Source: Bacteroidota bacterium (GTDB taxonomy: Bacteria; Bacteroidota; Bacteroidia; Bacteroidales; Prolixibacteraceae). From it: DNA of 64,000 nucleotides. The DNA is taken from the NCBI GenBank assembly GCA_023251455.1, contig JAHEYT010000046.1, positions 6,258-70,257 on the forward strand, written 5' to 3'. A program made the translations under genes and the position numbers. Below are positions 1 to 9,808 of the stretch, piece by piece. Each line of letters begins with the position of its first letter. Within the stretch, counting starts at the first letter, position 1. The notes below the pieces were generated by a model. The model had not been told where the DNA came from, did not search any database, and worked only from the letters and a program-made list of their open reading frames with translations.

Positions 1-524
1 GGCCCGGCAGGTGTAGTTATACTTTCGAACAAAACTACTTTATTCATATTAACCTGATCGAAAACCTTCTCCTGATGTTTGGCCAATAATGATTGGAAAG
101 CCAAAGGATTGTCAGCTCTTTTTACACGGGCAATGGTCAGGTGTGGTTTAAGCGGTTTCTGGTCGAAGGAAAATCCGTTTTGCTGAAGCAATTCGCCCAA
201 TTTGGAATAGGCCAGCATAAGTGGCTGCAAGTCTTCAAGACCAAGCCACAGAACCTTTGGATTATTCGTATTCGGAAACACCCCTACCCCACGCAATTCA
301 GTTTGATAAGCATGAATATTAATGAACGATTCATCAATTAATTGTTGCAGCACAGCAACTGCCGAGTCTTCGGTGCTGCCCAGAAAAAACAGCGTAATGT
401 GCCAGTTTCCGGGAGGAGTCCAGTTTATTACATTTTGGTTCAATTGTGGGTCTTTCTTCCAGACCTCAACTTGTTGAACTGACTTCGGAGATTCAATTGG
501 GATGCCGATAAAAAGTCGTTTCAT
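1..524 (-). CDS. thpR: RNA 2',3'-cyclic phosphodiesterase (2H phosphoesterase), 3' end runs off the window
   Basis: Absent from the ORF track. Manual minus-strand translation from ATG at 524 gives MKRLFIGIP...NWHITLFFLG...LKPHLTIARVK, with both HxT motifs in the same frame. Confidence 0.85.
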   Translation of the reverse strand, partial: MKRLFIGIPIESPKSVQQVEVWKKDPQLNQNVINWTPPGNWHITLFFLGSTEDSAVAVLQQLIDESFINIHAYQTELRGVGVFPNTNNPKVLWLGLEDLQPLMLAYSKLGELLQQNGFSFDQKPLKPHLTIARVKRADNPLAFQSLLAKHQEKVFDQVNMNKVVLFESITTPAG

Positions 525-551
525 CCCATAAACTTATACACTTTTTTTGAA

Positions 552-1475
552 TTATTTATCCAACCGGTGAGCCTGAATAAACCTCAACTGCTTCTCAAGC
601 ATCGAAACTTTTGTCATCACAAAACCAGCGTCCAGTGCGGTTTGTATAGGTTTTGAATAAATGTATTCGATTTCCATGGCCCGGCGATGATCGTAATCGA
701 GTTTCATGCTGGGTGCGTAGGGTTTCATTTTGATGGTCATGTCGATCATTTGTTGCGCCAACGATTCTTTGAGCGGAACTCCGCAGGCATTGGCCCCATG
801 AATCACTTCCAGCATCAGCTCTTTCGACAGCTCGCGGGTTTGTTCGTTGGCCATCAACCGGTCGGTGGTGGTATTCAAAACAACCGTCATGCCATTGAAC
901 GGAATGTTCCAGACCAGTTTCTGCCAGCGGGCAAATTTCAGATCAGGCGAAAGTTCCGAGTGAATTCCGGCCAGCTGAAAATCAGAAACAAGCTGTTCCA
1001 GAATACCCTGATCAGGAACATTATACGAACCAATGATGAGCTTTCCGTAATCGAGGTGGTGAATGTGTCCGGGACCTATTTTGTTGGAGCATATAAATGC
1101 CAATCCACCAGCGAGGACAACACCTGGAAGTTGTGCCGAAAGATCTTCTTCCAAACCAAGTCCGTTTTGCAGCAGAACCACCACACTTTTGGGATGAAGC
1201 ATTGGTTTGATCATTTCGGGCAAATGATGATTCCCGGTTGTTTTCATGCACACCAAAACGACATCGCACAAAGGCATTTCTGGTGGATTGTGGTAGGCAT
1301 TTACTTCCGCCAAATGGAAATCGCCATTAACGGAATCAACCTGAAGTCCGTGTTTGCGAACGTGTTCAAAATCGCTGCGGAATAAGAAATGAACCTCCTG
1401 CCCGGCTTTCGCCAGCATCCCGCCATAAAATCCGCCCAAAGCGCCTGTTCCAATTACTCCGTATCTGATTGTCAT
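552..1475 (-). CDS. panE: 2-dehydropantoate 2-reductase (ketopantoate reductase)
   Basis: N-terminal GTGALGG Rossmann motif, LQNGLG, WQKLVWNIPFN, PSMKLD. Start moved to the ATG of MTIRYG. Confidence 0.85.
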   Translation of the reverse strand: MTIRYGVIGTGALGGFYGGMLAKAGQEVHFLFRSDFEHVRKHGLQVDSVNGDFHLAEVNAYHNPPEMPLCDVVLVCMKTTGNHHLPEMIKPMLHPKSVVVLLQNGLGLEEDLSAQLPGVVLAGGLAFICSNKIGPGHIHHLDYGKLIIGSYNVPDQGILEQLVSDFQLAGIHSELSPDLKFARWQKLVWNIPFNGMTVVLNTTTDRLMANEQTRELSKELMLEVIHGANACGVPLKESLAQQMIDMTIKMKPYAPSMKLDYDHRRAMEIEYIYSKPIQTALDAGFVMTKVSMLEKQLRFIQAHRLDK

Positions 1476-1644
1476 GTCAAACCTGATTTCTGTGTTCAGA
1501 CAAAAATAGCTACAAAGACCACGCTCAGCCCCCAAGAATCAGCTTCGCCAATAAATCGTAACAAAAAAGTTACACCAAATATTTTGGGTCAGGTAATATG
1601 AATTGCTATTATTTAAGTTCAAGTGATTCTGTTACATTTCATAG

Positions 1645-1675
1645 AAAAAAAAGCGACCATTTCTGATCGCCTTTG
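1645..1675 (-). terminator. Probable intrinsic terminator after the M56/TonB gene
   Basis: A-run, then GCGA..TCGC stem, directly after the stop codon at 1679. Confidence 0.5.
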
Positions 1676-1678
1676 TTT

Positions 1679-3889
1679 CTAGTTTTCTTTTTGTTTGAAA
1701 TTCGGGTTATTGAAGGATACTGATAGTTGATATTTTACTTCAACTTTTTCACCATTTTGAGCTCCAGGTTTCCAGTCAGGCATTAATCTGATAACTCTCA
1801 AAGCTTCTTCGTCAAGTAAAGGTTGAAGCCCTTTCGAAATTTTCACATTTTCTACTTTACCGGTTTTGGTGATTGTAAAATCAACAAACACTTTGCCAGT
1901 TATTCCAGTTGCTTCAGCTTTCTTTGGATATCGAAGATTGGCTTTTATGAATGGATTAATAGCCTCAGTACCTCCAGGAAATTCAGGCATTTCTTCAACT
2001 GAAATGAACGTATTTTCTGATTTTTTCATCGTAATTTCGAGTACACCGTCTTTTCCCCTTTCGCCATATTTTTGGGTTGCTGTTTCATTTTTCAAAACAT
2101 TGATCGATTCAATTGTTTCCGGATCAAAATCTTCTACTTTCTTGTTTTCAGAAATAATTCCATCGACAACCATCAACGGTTTCCCAGATGTTCCGGTACT
2201 CCTGATTTTAACTCCAGTATTTGTTGATGTGTTTTCATTCTGATTATTGGCATATCCGGTCACCTTAACATCAATTGGGGTATTTTGAGATGTGGATGCT
2301 CCCTTTTTTGTAGTAATCAAAATCACTCCGTTTTTGCCTTTATCACCGTAAATTTTAGTAAGCGATTCTTTTTTTAAAACATTTATGGATTCTATTGTTT
2401 CAGGTGGAATATTGTTAACATCCTGCATTTCAATAACACCATCAACAATAATTAATGGTTGTTTACCGAAACTGTTAGCATCTCCGAATTTCAAAGGTGA
2501 ATTGGATTGCACTTTGAAGGTTTGAGAAGTTTGCTCGTCTTTCTTTAAAGTGATTAAAACAACACCGTCTTTCCCTTTTTCTCCATATTTTTTAGTGAAT
2601 TCTTTATTTTTAATTACATCAATGCTTTCTATTTTATCAGGATCGATTTTCTCCATTTCACTTTTCGTGATTTCTTTGCCATCCACAACAAATAATGGAG
2701 GACTACTTAGAAAAGAAGGATCTGAAGCTATAGTTTTAGTTCCATCTGAATCAATTCCAACGGTAATACGCCCTGTTTGAATGACCATCTCTTTACTGAA
2801 ATCGGGTTTTATCCTTCTTGTACCGTATCCCACATAAGTAACCAATAAAGGCGATTCATCAGTCATTTTAAGCTCAAAATTCCCTGAAGCATCGCTAATG
2901 GTTCCGATACTTGTTCCTGAAATAACGATGTTCGCGCCTTTCAATGGCTGTCCCTCGTCATTTACGATTTTCCCTTTAACGATTTTTCTGTCTTGTGCTT
3001 GATTTACAGTTTCAGAACTGTCTCCCGTTTGTACAAACTTGTATTCAGGAGTGGCAAAAGCATAGAAAACCCCAGCAATTAGTGGCAAAACCAATAAAAG
3101 TCTGAGTTTTCTGATCGGTGAATATGTTTTCTGTTTCATCATGTTAAATCTTCTTTTGTTGAGTGAATAATTGAACGAATTGGCCAGCGAAATTACCGGC
3201 CCGCCGAACATTTGATTGAGCAATGCCGCACGGTAAATAGCCGGATTGGAGCTGCGTTGCAGCGCCCGCTCGTCGGCCAGGTATTCGTGGTTTTGCCTGA
3301 TCAACCGGCCATACAGCCAGCTCACCGGGTTAAACCAGTGCATCGTGCGGAGGATTTCAAACAGCAATAAATCCATCCAGTGTTGCTGACGGATGTGCTC
3401 CTGTTCATGGTTCACAATCTCGTTGGTTTCGGTTTCGTCGATTGAAGGATTGACAAATACGAACGAGAAAAATGAAAACGAGGCAGGGTATCGGTCGGTA
3501 CGGATGAGTTTTACTGAGTTGAAATGATGGGTTTCTGAATTTCGGATGACCTTCCAAACCGAAACGGTTTGTTTGATCAGCCTGAAAAACAAGAATAAAG
3601 CGCCTGTCAGATAAAAATACAACAGCAGGTTTTGTATCGGAAACGGTTCATTAACGGTTGCAACTCCCAAAACTTGTGGTTCGAGGACTTCAGTAGTTGG
3701 CGTAACCGGAAAAATAACCGTGTAATGCCAGCTGAAAAGCGGAAACACGATGGAGACCAGAATTCCGGTAACCAGGTAAATCCGGTTCAGAACAAAAAAA
3801 CGTTCGTTCCGGAGAAACAGCATGTAAATCAGGAAGAAGCCAGTCAGCCAGACAGTCGATTTGATCAGATAAAGGGCAAATGTTTCCAT
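1679..3889 (-). CDS. BlaR1/peptidase M56 membrane sensor fused to a carboxypeptidase-regulatory-like domain, three TonB-receptor plug-like repeats and a TonB C-terminal domain
   Basis: N-terminal TM helices; HEQEH zinc motif with WFNP and HEYLAD; three PLxxVDG..IESIxVxK..YG.KGK.GV repeats; C-terminal VEEMPEFPGG..LRYP..WKPG. Confidence 0.85.
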   Translation of the reverse strand: METFALYLIKSTVWLTGFFLIYMLFLRNERFFVLNRIYLVTGILVSIVFPLFSWHYTVIFPVTPTTEVLEPQVLGVATVNEPFPIQNLLLYFYLTGALFLFFRLIKQTVSVWKVIRNSETHHFNSVKLIRTDRYPASFSFFSFVFVNPSIDETETNEIVNHEQEHIRQQHWMDLLLFEILRTMHWFNPVSWLYGRLIRQNHEYLADERALQRSSNPAIYRAALLNQMFGGPVISLANSFNYSLNKRRFNMMKQKTYSPIRKLRLLLVLPLIAGVFYAFATPEYKFVQTGDSSETVNQAQDRKIVKGKIVNDEGQPLKGANIVISGTSIGTISDASGNFELKMTDESPLLVTYVGYGTRRIKPDFSKEMVIQTGRITVGIDSDGTKTIASDPSFLSSPPLFVVDGKEITKSEMEKIDPDKIESIDVIKNKEFTKKYGEKGKDGVVLITLKKDEQTSQTFKVQSNSPLKFGDANSFGKQPLIIVDGVIEMQDVNNIPPETIESINVLKKESLTKIYGDKGKNGVILITTKKGASTSQNTPIDVKVTGYANNQNENTSTNTGVKIRSTGTSGKPLMVVDGIISENKKVEDFDPETIESINVLKNETATQKYGERGKDGVLEITMKKSENTFISVEEMPEFPGGTEAINPFIKANLRYPKKAEATGITGKVFVDFTITKTGKVENVKISKGLQPLLDEEALRVIRLMPDWKPGAQNGEKVEVKYQLSVSFNNPNFKQKEN

Positions 3890-3902
3890 GATTTTTCAGT
3901 TT

Positions 3903-4268
3903 TTATTCTTTCGAAAGTTCGCGTTTAGTTTCTTCCATCAATTGTTCCAAATCCTGAATGGTCAGGTCTTTTTCGCGGGCAAAAAATGAAGCCATTGCCG
4001 GGAACGAATTGTTAAAATAACTTTTCATCAGGCCGAAAAGCTGAGTTTTTGAATATTCGTCCTTCGATACCAAAGGATAATAAACATGCACGTTTCCGTA
4101 GGTTTTATGCGATACAAAATCTTTCTTTTCCAGAATCCGAAGTACGGTCGAAACGGTGTTGCGCACGGGTTTTGGTTCGTCGAACCGGTCGCGGATGTCT
4201 TTAACCAGTCCTTCGCCCATATCCCATAAATGTTGCATGACCTGTTCTTCAGCTTTTGTCAGTTGCAT
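3903..4268 (-). CDS. BlaI/MecI/CopY family transcriptional repressor
   Basis: LTKAEEQVMQHLW...NTVSTVLRILEKK winged helix; directly upstream of the M56 gene. Confidence 0.9.
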   Translation of the reverse strand: MQLTKAEEQVMQHLWDMGEGLVKDIRDRFDEPKPVRNTVSTVLRILEKKDFVSHKTYGNVHVYYPLVSKDEYSKTQLFGLMKSYFNNSFPAMASFFAREKDLTIQDLEQLMEETKRELSKE

Positions 4269-4301
4269 AGCTATCGTTTTTAATTTGTCAATCCTTCAGA
4301 A

Positions 4302-4366
4302 CAAACATACGACTATAAAATTAGTCAAACAAATATTTTGCGAATTTTTTGACTAAAAACATAGTC
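4302..4366 (-). promoter_or_regulatory. Bacteroidota sigma-A promoter of blaI with two GACTA-N6-TAGTC operator palindromes
   Basis: -7 element TATGTTTG (4302-4309, minus strand); TTTG near 4330-4333; palindromes at 4311-4326 and 4351-4366. Confidence 0.7.
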
Positions 4367-4483
4367 AATCGAGAAATATAAATATTTTGCTATGTAATCT
4401 ATTGATATGCTGTTATTTAAAACATCTGAATGCGATGATTGTGAACGATTTTGTGCAAATCGTTTTTTGCAAAAACGGTGGTT

Positions 4484-6205
4484 TTAGTTTACAGGGATCG
4501 AAAACTTAAATACTGAGCCTTTCCCAGGTTCGCTTTCAACCCAGATTTTACCATTGTTTTTGTTAATAATATCTTTACAAAGTATCAATCCCAAGCCAGT
4601 TCCACTTTCATTATTGGTACCCAGCCTCGATTGGCTTTCTTCAATTTTGAATAGTTTACTAATCGTTTTCGGGCTCATTCCAATTCCTGTATCAGTAATG
4701 CTTACTTCAACACTATTTCCATTCCGGATTGCGTTAAATTCGACCAACCCACCATTGGGCGTGTATTTAATGGCATTGTTGAACAGATTCCGGATGATGG
4801 TTTTTATTGAATTGTTGTCGGCTTTAACCAGAATGTGATTCTCAATATTCTTTACTACAGTTATTTTCTTTTGAGCAGCATTAGGAAGGCTTGGTACAAT
4901 GCTTTCGTTTATCAGATCCATCAGGTTTAACTCTTCTTGCTGTATATCAATGTGCCCGCGCTGTAACCGGCCCCATTCCAAAAGGTTTTCCAGAAGTTTG
5001 TAGGTAGAGTTTGACGATTTGTAGAGCAGATTTATATAACTCAGTCGTTCATCTTCTGATATGCTGTCGTATTCGGCTAACAGCAGCTCGGTTAAGCCCA
5101 GAATCGAATTGAACGGACCTTTCAGATCGTGAGCCATAATGGTGAGAAACTTGTCTTTCGTGCTGTTCAGTTCATGCAAGAGTTCGGTTTGCTCTTTAAG
5201 TTTCTTTTCGGTCAGTTTCCGCTCGGTAATGTCTCGGTACTGCCACAAGTAACCGGTAATTGTACTGTCGATAATCGGAACAAAGTCTCTTTCCAATACA
5301 CGTCCATCGAGCATAAAAAGTTCCTGATTAAAAAGTGCCTTGTTTTCATTCAGAAGTCTTTCCACATCATTCACAAAATTCTCGGGTTCGTCAAAAAGGA
5401 CAGAATATTTCCGGCAGGCATCTTTGCAATCGAACCCTACAATTATATCAGTGTCGGTGATGTTAAATATATTACAAAATGCCCTGTTAACTTTCAGTAT
5501 TTTTCGTGAAGCATCTTCAAAAAGGTATCCTGAACTGGAATTTTCAATCAGTGTTTCAATCTGAAGGTTAATATTTAATAGGGTTTCCTCGTTTTGTTTC
5601 AGTGTGGCCCGGTCGCGCAATCGTTGGATTAAGGTGGACGACTGATTAACGATATTCTCGATTGCCAATTTCGCATCTTCATTCATTGCCCCGGATTTTA
5701 CCAGCGATTCAGTAACGAAAAGCACAATACCTCCAAAGTACTTTTTATCGACACAAAATCCCATGGCGAACACATCGGCAACACTCAGCATACTCTCGAT
5801 TGCCTTGCAAATCAACCTGTTTATCCGGCCATGTACCAAATCATGAATTCCACCTGCGAAGTGGTGTATTTCACGATTGTCGAATCCTTCCCGCTCTTCT
5901 TCAGTTAAATCCTGAAACGGAAAGTCCATCAGATATGGGTCTTTGCCCAATATTTTTTCAATCGCATTAAAATACATATCGAACCCTGAATTCTCCATAA
6001 TCCGGAAGTTCATGTCATCGGGTTGAAGCTTGGTGATGATTAAAAAAGCGTCGGGAAGTATCTGATTTATGGCATGGCTCATAATCCGATAAATATGGCG
6101 TTCTTCGGTTGCATCCAGCAGCTGAGTGGCAACCTGGTGCATAATCTCAAGAATTTGTCGTTTCTTTTGAGAATCAATTCTGGCCTGAGGCATTTCCATC
6201 ACCAT
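4484..6205 (-). CDS. Cytoplasmic PAS-domain sensor histidine kinase
   Basis: H-box AHDLKGPF, N-box NAIKYT, G-boxes DTGIG and GTGLGL; one PAS before HisKA; N-terminal GAF-like region. Confidence 0.85.
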   Translation of the reverse strand: MVMEMPQARIDSQKKRQILEIMHQVATQLLDATEERHIYRIMSHAINQILPDAFLIITKLQPDDMNFRIMENSGFDMYFNAIEKILGKDPYLMDFPFQDLTEEEREGFDNREIHHFAGGIHDLVHGRINRLICKAIESMLSVADVFAMGFCVDKKYFGGIVLFVTESLVKSGAMNEDAKLAIENIVNQSSTLIQRLRDRATLKQNEETLLNINLQIETLIENSSSGYLFEDASRKILKVNRAFCNIFNITDTDIIVGFDCKDACRKYSVLFDEPENFVNDVERLLNENKALFNQELFMLDGRVLERDFVPIIDSTITGYLWQYRDITERKLTEKKLKEQTELLHELNSTKDKFLTIMAHDLKGPFNSILGLTELLLAEYDSISEDERLSYINLLYKSSNSTYKLLENLLEWGRLQRGHIDIQQEELNLMDLINESIVPSLPNAAQKKITVVKNIENHILVKADNNSIKTIIRNLFNNAIKYTPNGGLVEFNAIRNGNSVEVSITDTGIGMSPKTISKLFKIEESQSRLGTNNESGTGLGLILCKDIINKNNGKIWVESEPGKGSVFKFSIPVN

Positions 6206-6617
6206 GCGATTCTTCGATTTAGTTTAAGAGTGTAATAAGTATACAAATTTCAAGAATCCTGGCATTGATTGACTTTAAAATCAATCATTTCCAGTACTTG
6301 AAAAGGCAAAATAGCCCGAATTATCTTTCTTCAAACGATCCATTCAACTATTGCGGGAATCGCATATCGTTGAGACTTGCTGTAATCATTTGATTAAGAC
6401 ATAAATCGTGGCGCAATATTATGAAATATTATATATAACTAAAACAGATATGTCAGGATATTGCCAGAAAGTTTCGGACGGAAAAATTGGTGGCCTATAA
6501 TGAGGCTAATTTACAGGGAATGAGATTGCATGTCTTTTTTGTGAAAAGACAATGGCAGAAATAAAAAGCAGTTCGGAGTATAGTTCCTGCTTTTTACTTC
6601 TGCCTTATTTATTTAGC

Positions 6618-8192
6618 TTAAAATTCTGAGGTGAAGTGGAATCGGATGTCTTTAAATTCACTTTGAGCCATATCCAGAATAAACTGCGAATCGGCCATAA
6701 ATACGTCGCGACCACGTTTGTCGGTAGCCATTTTCTGGTGTTTGCGATTCTTGAATTCGGTCAGTGCTTTTGGATTATCGCTCTGAATCCAGCATGCTTT
6801 ATACATTTGCATTGGTTCGAAACGGCACTTGGCATTGTATTCATGTTCCAACCGATATTGAATAACTTCAAACTGAAGCTGGCCAACGGTTCCAATAATA
6901 CGGCGTCCGTTAAACTGGCTGGTAAACAACTGTGCAACACCTTCGTCCATCAACTGGTCAACACCTTTGTTTAGCTGCTTAGTTTTCATTGGGTCGGCAT
7001 TTTCAACAAACCGAAACAATTCAGGAGAGAAACTTGGTAATCCTTTGAAATGGATATCCTCGCCTTCAGTAATGGTATCGCCAATAATAAACGAACCATT
7101 GTCTGGAAAACCAACTATATCGCCCGGAAAAGCCTCTTCGATAATCTCTTTTTGAGAAGCCATAAACGCTGTAGGACTCGACACCCTAAATGTTTTACCG
7201 GAGCGGATTAGTTTGTACATATTATTCCGGACGAATTTTCCGGAGCAAACTTTTACGAATGCAATGCGGCTGCGGTGATTGGGATCGATGTTGGCATGTA
7301 TTTTAAATACAAAACCACTGAATTTATCGTCTTCCGGATCGACTTCGCGTTCTTCGGTTTGAACCGTGCGCGGCCATGGGGCGATTTTCACAAAAGCATC
7401 TAACAATTCCTGAATCCCAAAATTATAGAGTGCACTTCCGAAGAATACTGGAGCCAGGTTTCCGGCCAGATACTCCTCGTGGTTGAAAGGTGGATAAACA
7501 CCATAAACCAGTTCCAGATCTTCGCGAAGCTTACGTGCATCGTTTCCGATGTGTTTTTCGAGTTCAGGACTATCAAGGTCGTCGAACGAAATACCCGGTT
7601 CAATATCCTGAACGCTTGGTTTAAACAAGTCAAGACTTTTATCGAAAATATTATATACGCCTTTAAAATCCGGGCCATTATTAATTGGCCAGCTTAATGG
7701 ATTAAGATTAATTTGAAGCTGACGTTCAATGTCGTCGAGTAATTCAAAGGTATCCTGAGTCGGGCGGTCGAGCTTGTTGATAAAAATGATGACCGGCGTT
7801 TTGCGCATCCGGCAAACATTCATCAGTTTTTCGGTTTGCGGCTCAACCCCTTTGGCGGCATCAATCACGATAATTACGCTGTCCACAGCAGTCAGCGTGC
7901 GGAACGTATCTTCCTGAAAGTCCTGGTGACCTGGAGTATCCAGAATATTTACTTTGTAGCCGCCATATTCGAAACCCATTACCGAGGTTGCCACCGAAAT
8001 ACCGCGCTGACGCTCGATTTCCATAAAGTCGGAAGTAGCTCCTTTTTTGATTTTGTTGCTTTTAACCGCACCGGCAACATGTATAGCACCTCCGAACAAC
8101 AGTAATTTTTCGGTCAGGGTTGTTTTTCCCGCATCAGGGTGACTCACAATGGCAAAAGTTCTTCTTCTACGTATTTCTGTCTGATTACTCAT
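6618..8192 (-). CDS. prfC: Peptide chain release factor 3
   Basis: [39 protein letters not shown]. Confidence 0.97.
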   Translation of the reverse strand: MSNQTEIRRRRTFAIVSHPDAGKTTLTEKLLLFGGAIHVAGAVKSNKIKKGATSDFMEIERQRGISVATSVMGFEYGGYKVNILDTPGHQDFQEDTFRTLTAVDSVIIVIDAAKGVEPQTEKLMNVCRMRKTPVIIFINKLDRPTQDTFELLDDIERQLQINLNPLSWPINNGPDFKGVYNIFDKSLDLFKPSVQDIEPGISFDDLDSPELEKHIGNDARKLREDLELVYGVYPPFNHEEYLAGNLAPVFFGSALYNFGIQELLDAFVKIAPWPRTVQTEEREVDPEDDKFSGFVFKIHANIDPNHRSRIAFVKVCSGKFVRNNMYKLIRSGKTFRVSSPTAFMASQKEIIEEAFPGDIVGFPDNGSFIIGDTITEGEDIHFKGLPSFSPELFRFVENADPMKTKQLNKGVDQLMDEGVAQLFTSQFNGRRIIGTVGQLQFEVIQYRLEHEYNAKCRFEPMQMYKACWIQSDNPKALTEFKNRKHQKMATDKRGRDVFMADSQFILDMAQSEFKDIRFHFTSEF

Positions 8193-8391
8193 CTATTCCA
8201 TTTTTTGAAGCTGCAAAAATAGAACTTTATCTGACACGAATGGAATGCCTGAAAGATTGAATGGAGTATTGGCTAAAATTAAGCCATTAGTGGTCATTTA
8301 TCTTTTAAATCATTTGTTGGCATTGCAGATAGTGCTAAAATCTAGGACTAATGCGCAATACTTAGCCCAGCTGACTAAAAGAAATTTATTA

Positions 8392-9726
8392 TTAGTCGCA
8401 GTTGACCGTAAAGTAAACATTTGGTGAATTATCTGCTCTTAATTCAAAATTTTCGTTAGGTGGGAAAGGCATATCCCAAACACATACTTTATTTAGTTTA
8501 GGCATATTTTCGAGCCATAATATTTTGAGCTTTTTATTTAACGAAACATTAAGTTGCTCCAAATTTGTCTCCGAACATAATAACTGCACCAATGATTCAT
8601 TTTGAGTTACATCCAGTGTTTTTATTGCAGTTTGTTCGCAATTCACCGTTTCAAGTTTTAAGTTTTTCGTGATGTCCAGATTCTGGATTGCATTGACCGC
8701 GCAATCTAAAAATGTTAACTCCAGATTATTGGTAAGATCGATGCTTTCAAGAGAATTTTGTCTGCAAAAAAGTACTTGTAATCCTTTGTTTTTTGAAATA
8801 TCAAGGTTCTTAATTAGGTTTCCGTCACATCTTAAAACAATTAGATTATTATTCTCTGAAAGGTTAAGTACTGCAATTTTATTTTCCAAACAGACAATGG
8901 TTTGAATCATTAAATTTTTTGAAACATCAAGTATTTGTAAATCAGCATTGCTGCAATACAGATAGTTTAATGCCGAAGCATTAGAAATATCAAGCGACCT
9001 CAATTGATCATTGTAATTACAATTCAAAAATTCTAGATTGGCATTTTTACTAAGATTTATACTACTGATTTTATTCGCTCTGCAATCCAGATAATTTAAT
9101 TCTATATTGCCTGATAAATCAAGTGAGGCGAGCTGATTGTGATAGCAATGTAATTTTTCAATTGCAATGCAGGTGGAAAGTTCCAATTCTTCAAGGTTAT
9201 TTTCTTCACAGTTTAATTCTTTCAGTGCAGAATTTCCTGACACATTGAGGATCTTTAATTTGTTGTTTTCACAGTTCAAACTGTTCAAAGATTTTTTATC
9301 TGATATATCGAGATTTGTTAATTTGTTACCTGAACAGTTGCATCCGGTCAGGTTCTGATTGTTTTCCAGATTTAATTCTACCAATTGATTTCCGCTAACA
9401 TTAAATTGCTTTAAATCAATATTTTTTGATACATCAATCTTTTTTATGTTGTTTTGAGAACAAACAAATGTCTCTAACTTGGTAAAGTTTTCTATTCCCT
9501 TTAAATCAAAAATTCCAGTTGAACTTACATCCAAAAATGTCAAAGCCTCTGCTTCAGCCTGACTAATCAGTTTATCATTGTCCGAATCTACCCCTCTTTC
9601 AATTAAAGCATTTAAAAAAAGTTTATCAGGAATGTCGATAAGTGGCTCGCTTACATGTTCTTTTTTACATTGGTAAAAAATAAGCACAATAAGCAGAAGT
9701 AAAATTCCTTTAAAAAAATGTCTCAT
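8392..9726 (-). CDS. Leucine-rich repeat lipoprotein
   Basis: Lipobox-like FYQC; about 14 repeats of ~21 aa (LxxLxCxxNxLxxLDxS); N-cap IPDKLFLNALI..GVDSDNDKLIS. Confidence 0.8.
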   Translation of the reverse strand: MRHFFKGILLLLIVLIFYQCKKEHVSEPLIDIPDKLFLNALIERGVDSDNDKLISQAEAEALTFLDVSSTGIFDLKGIENFTKLETFVCSQNNIKKIDVSKNIDLKQFNVSGNQLVELNLENNQNLTGCNCSGNKLTNLDISDKKSLNSLNCENNKLKILNVSGNSALKELNCEENNLEELELSTCIAIEKLHCYHNQLASLDLSGNIELNYLDCRANKISSINLSKNANLEFLNCNYNDQLRSLDISNASALNYLYCSNADLQILDVSKNLMIQTIVCLENKIAVLNLSENNNLIVLRCDGNLIKNLDISKNKGLQVLFCRQNSLESIDLTNNLELTFLDCAVNAIQNLDITKNLKLETVNCEQTAIKTLDVTQNESLVQLLCSETNLEQLNVSLNKKLKILWLENMPKLNKVCVWDMPFPPNENFELRADNSPNVYFTVNCD

Positions 9727-9808
9727 TTTAGTTGTTTTTTGTCGATTGTTCAATATTAGCGTTAGCTGATGATTATCAACGACTTTAAACACAGTGACTG
9801 ATTTTTTT

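Noticed and set aside
93-341. 82 aa plus-strand ORF
   Set aside because: It is the antisense shadow of thpR, which has both catalytic HxT motifs on the minus strand.
687-1385. 232 aa plus-strand ORF
   Set aside because: It lies wholly antisense to panE and has no recognisable motifs.
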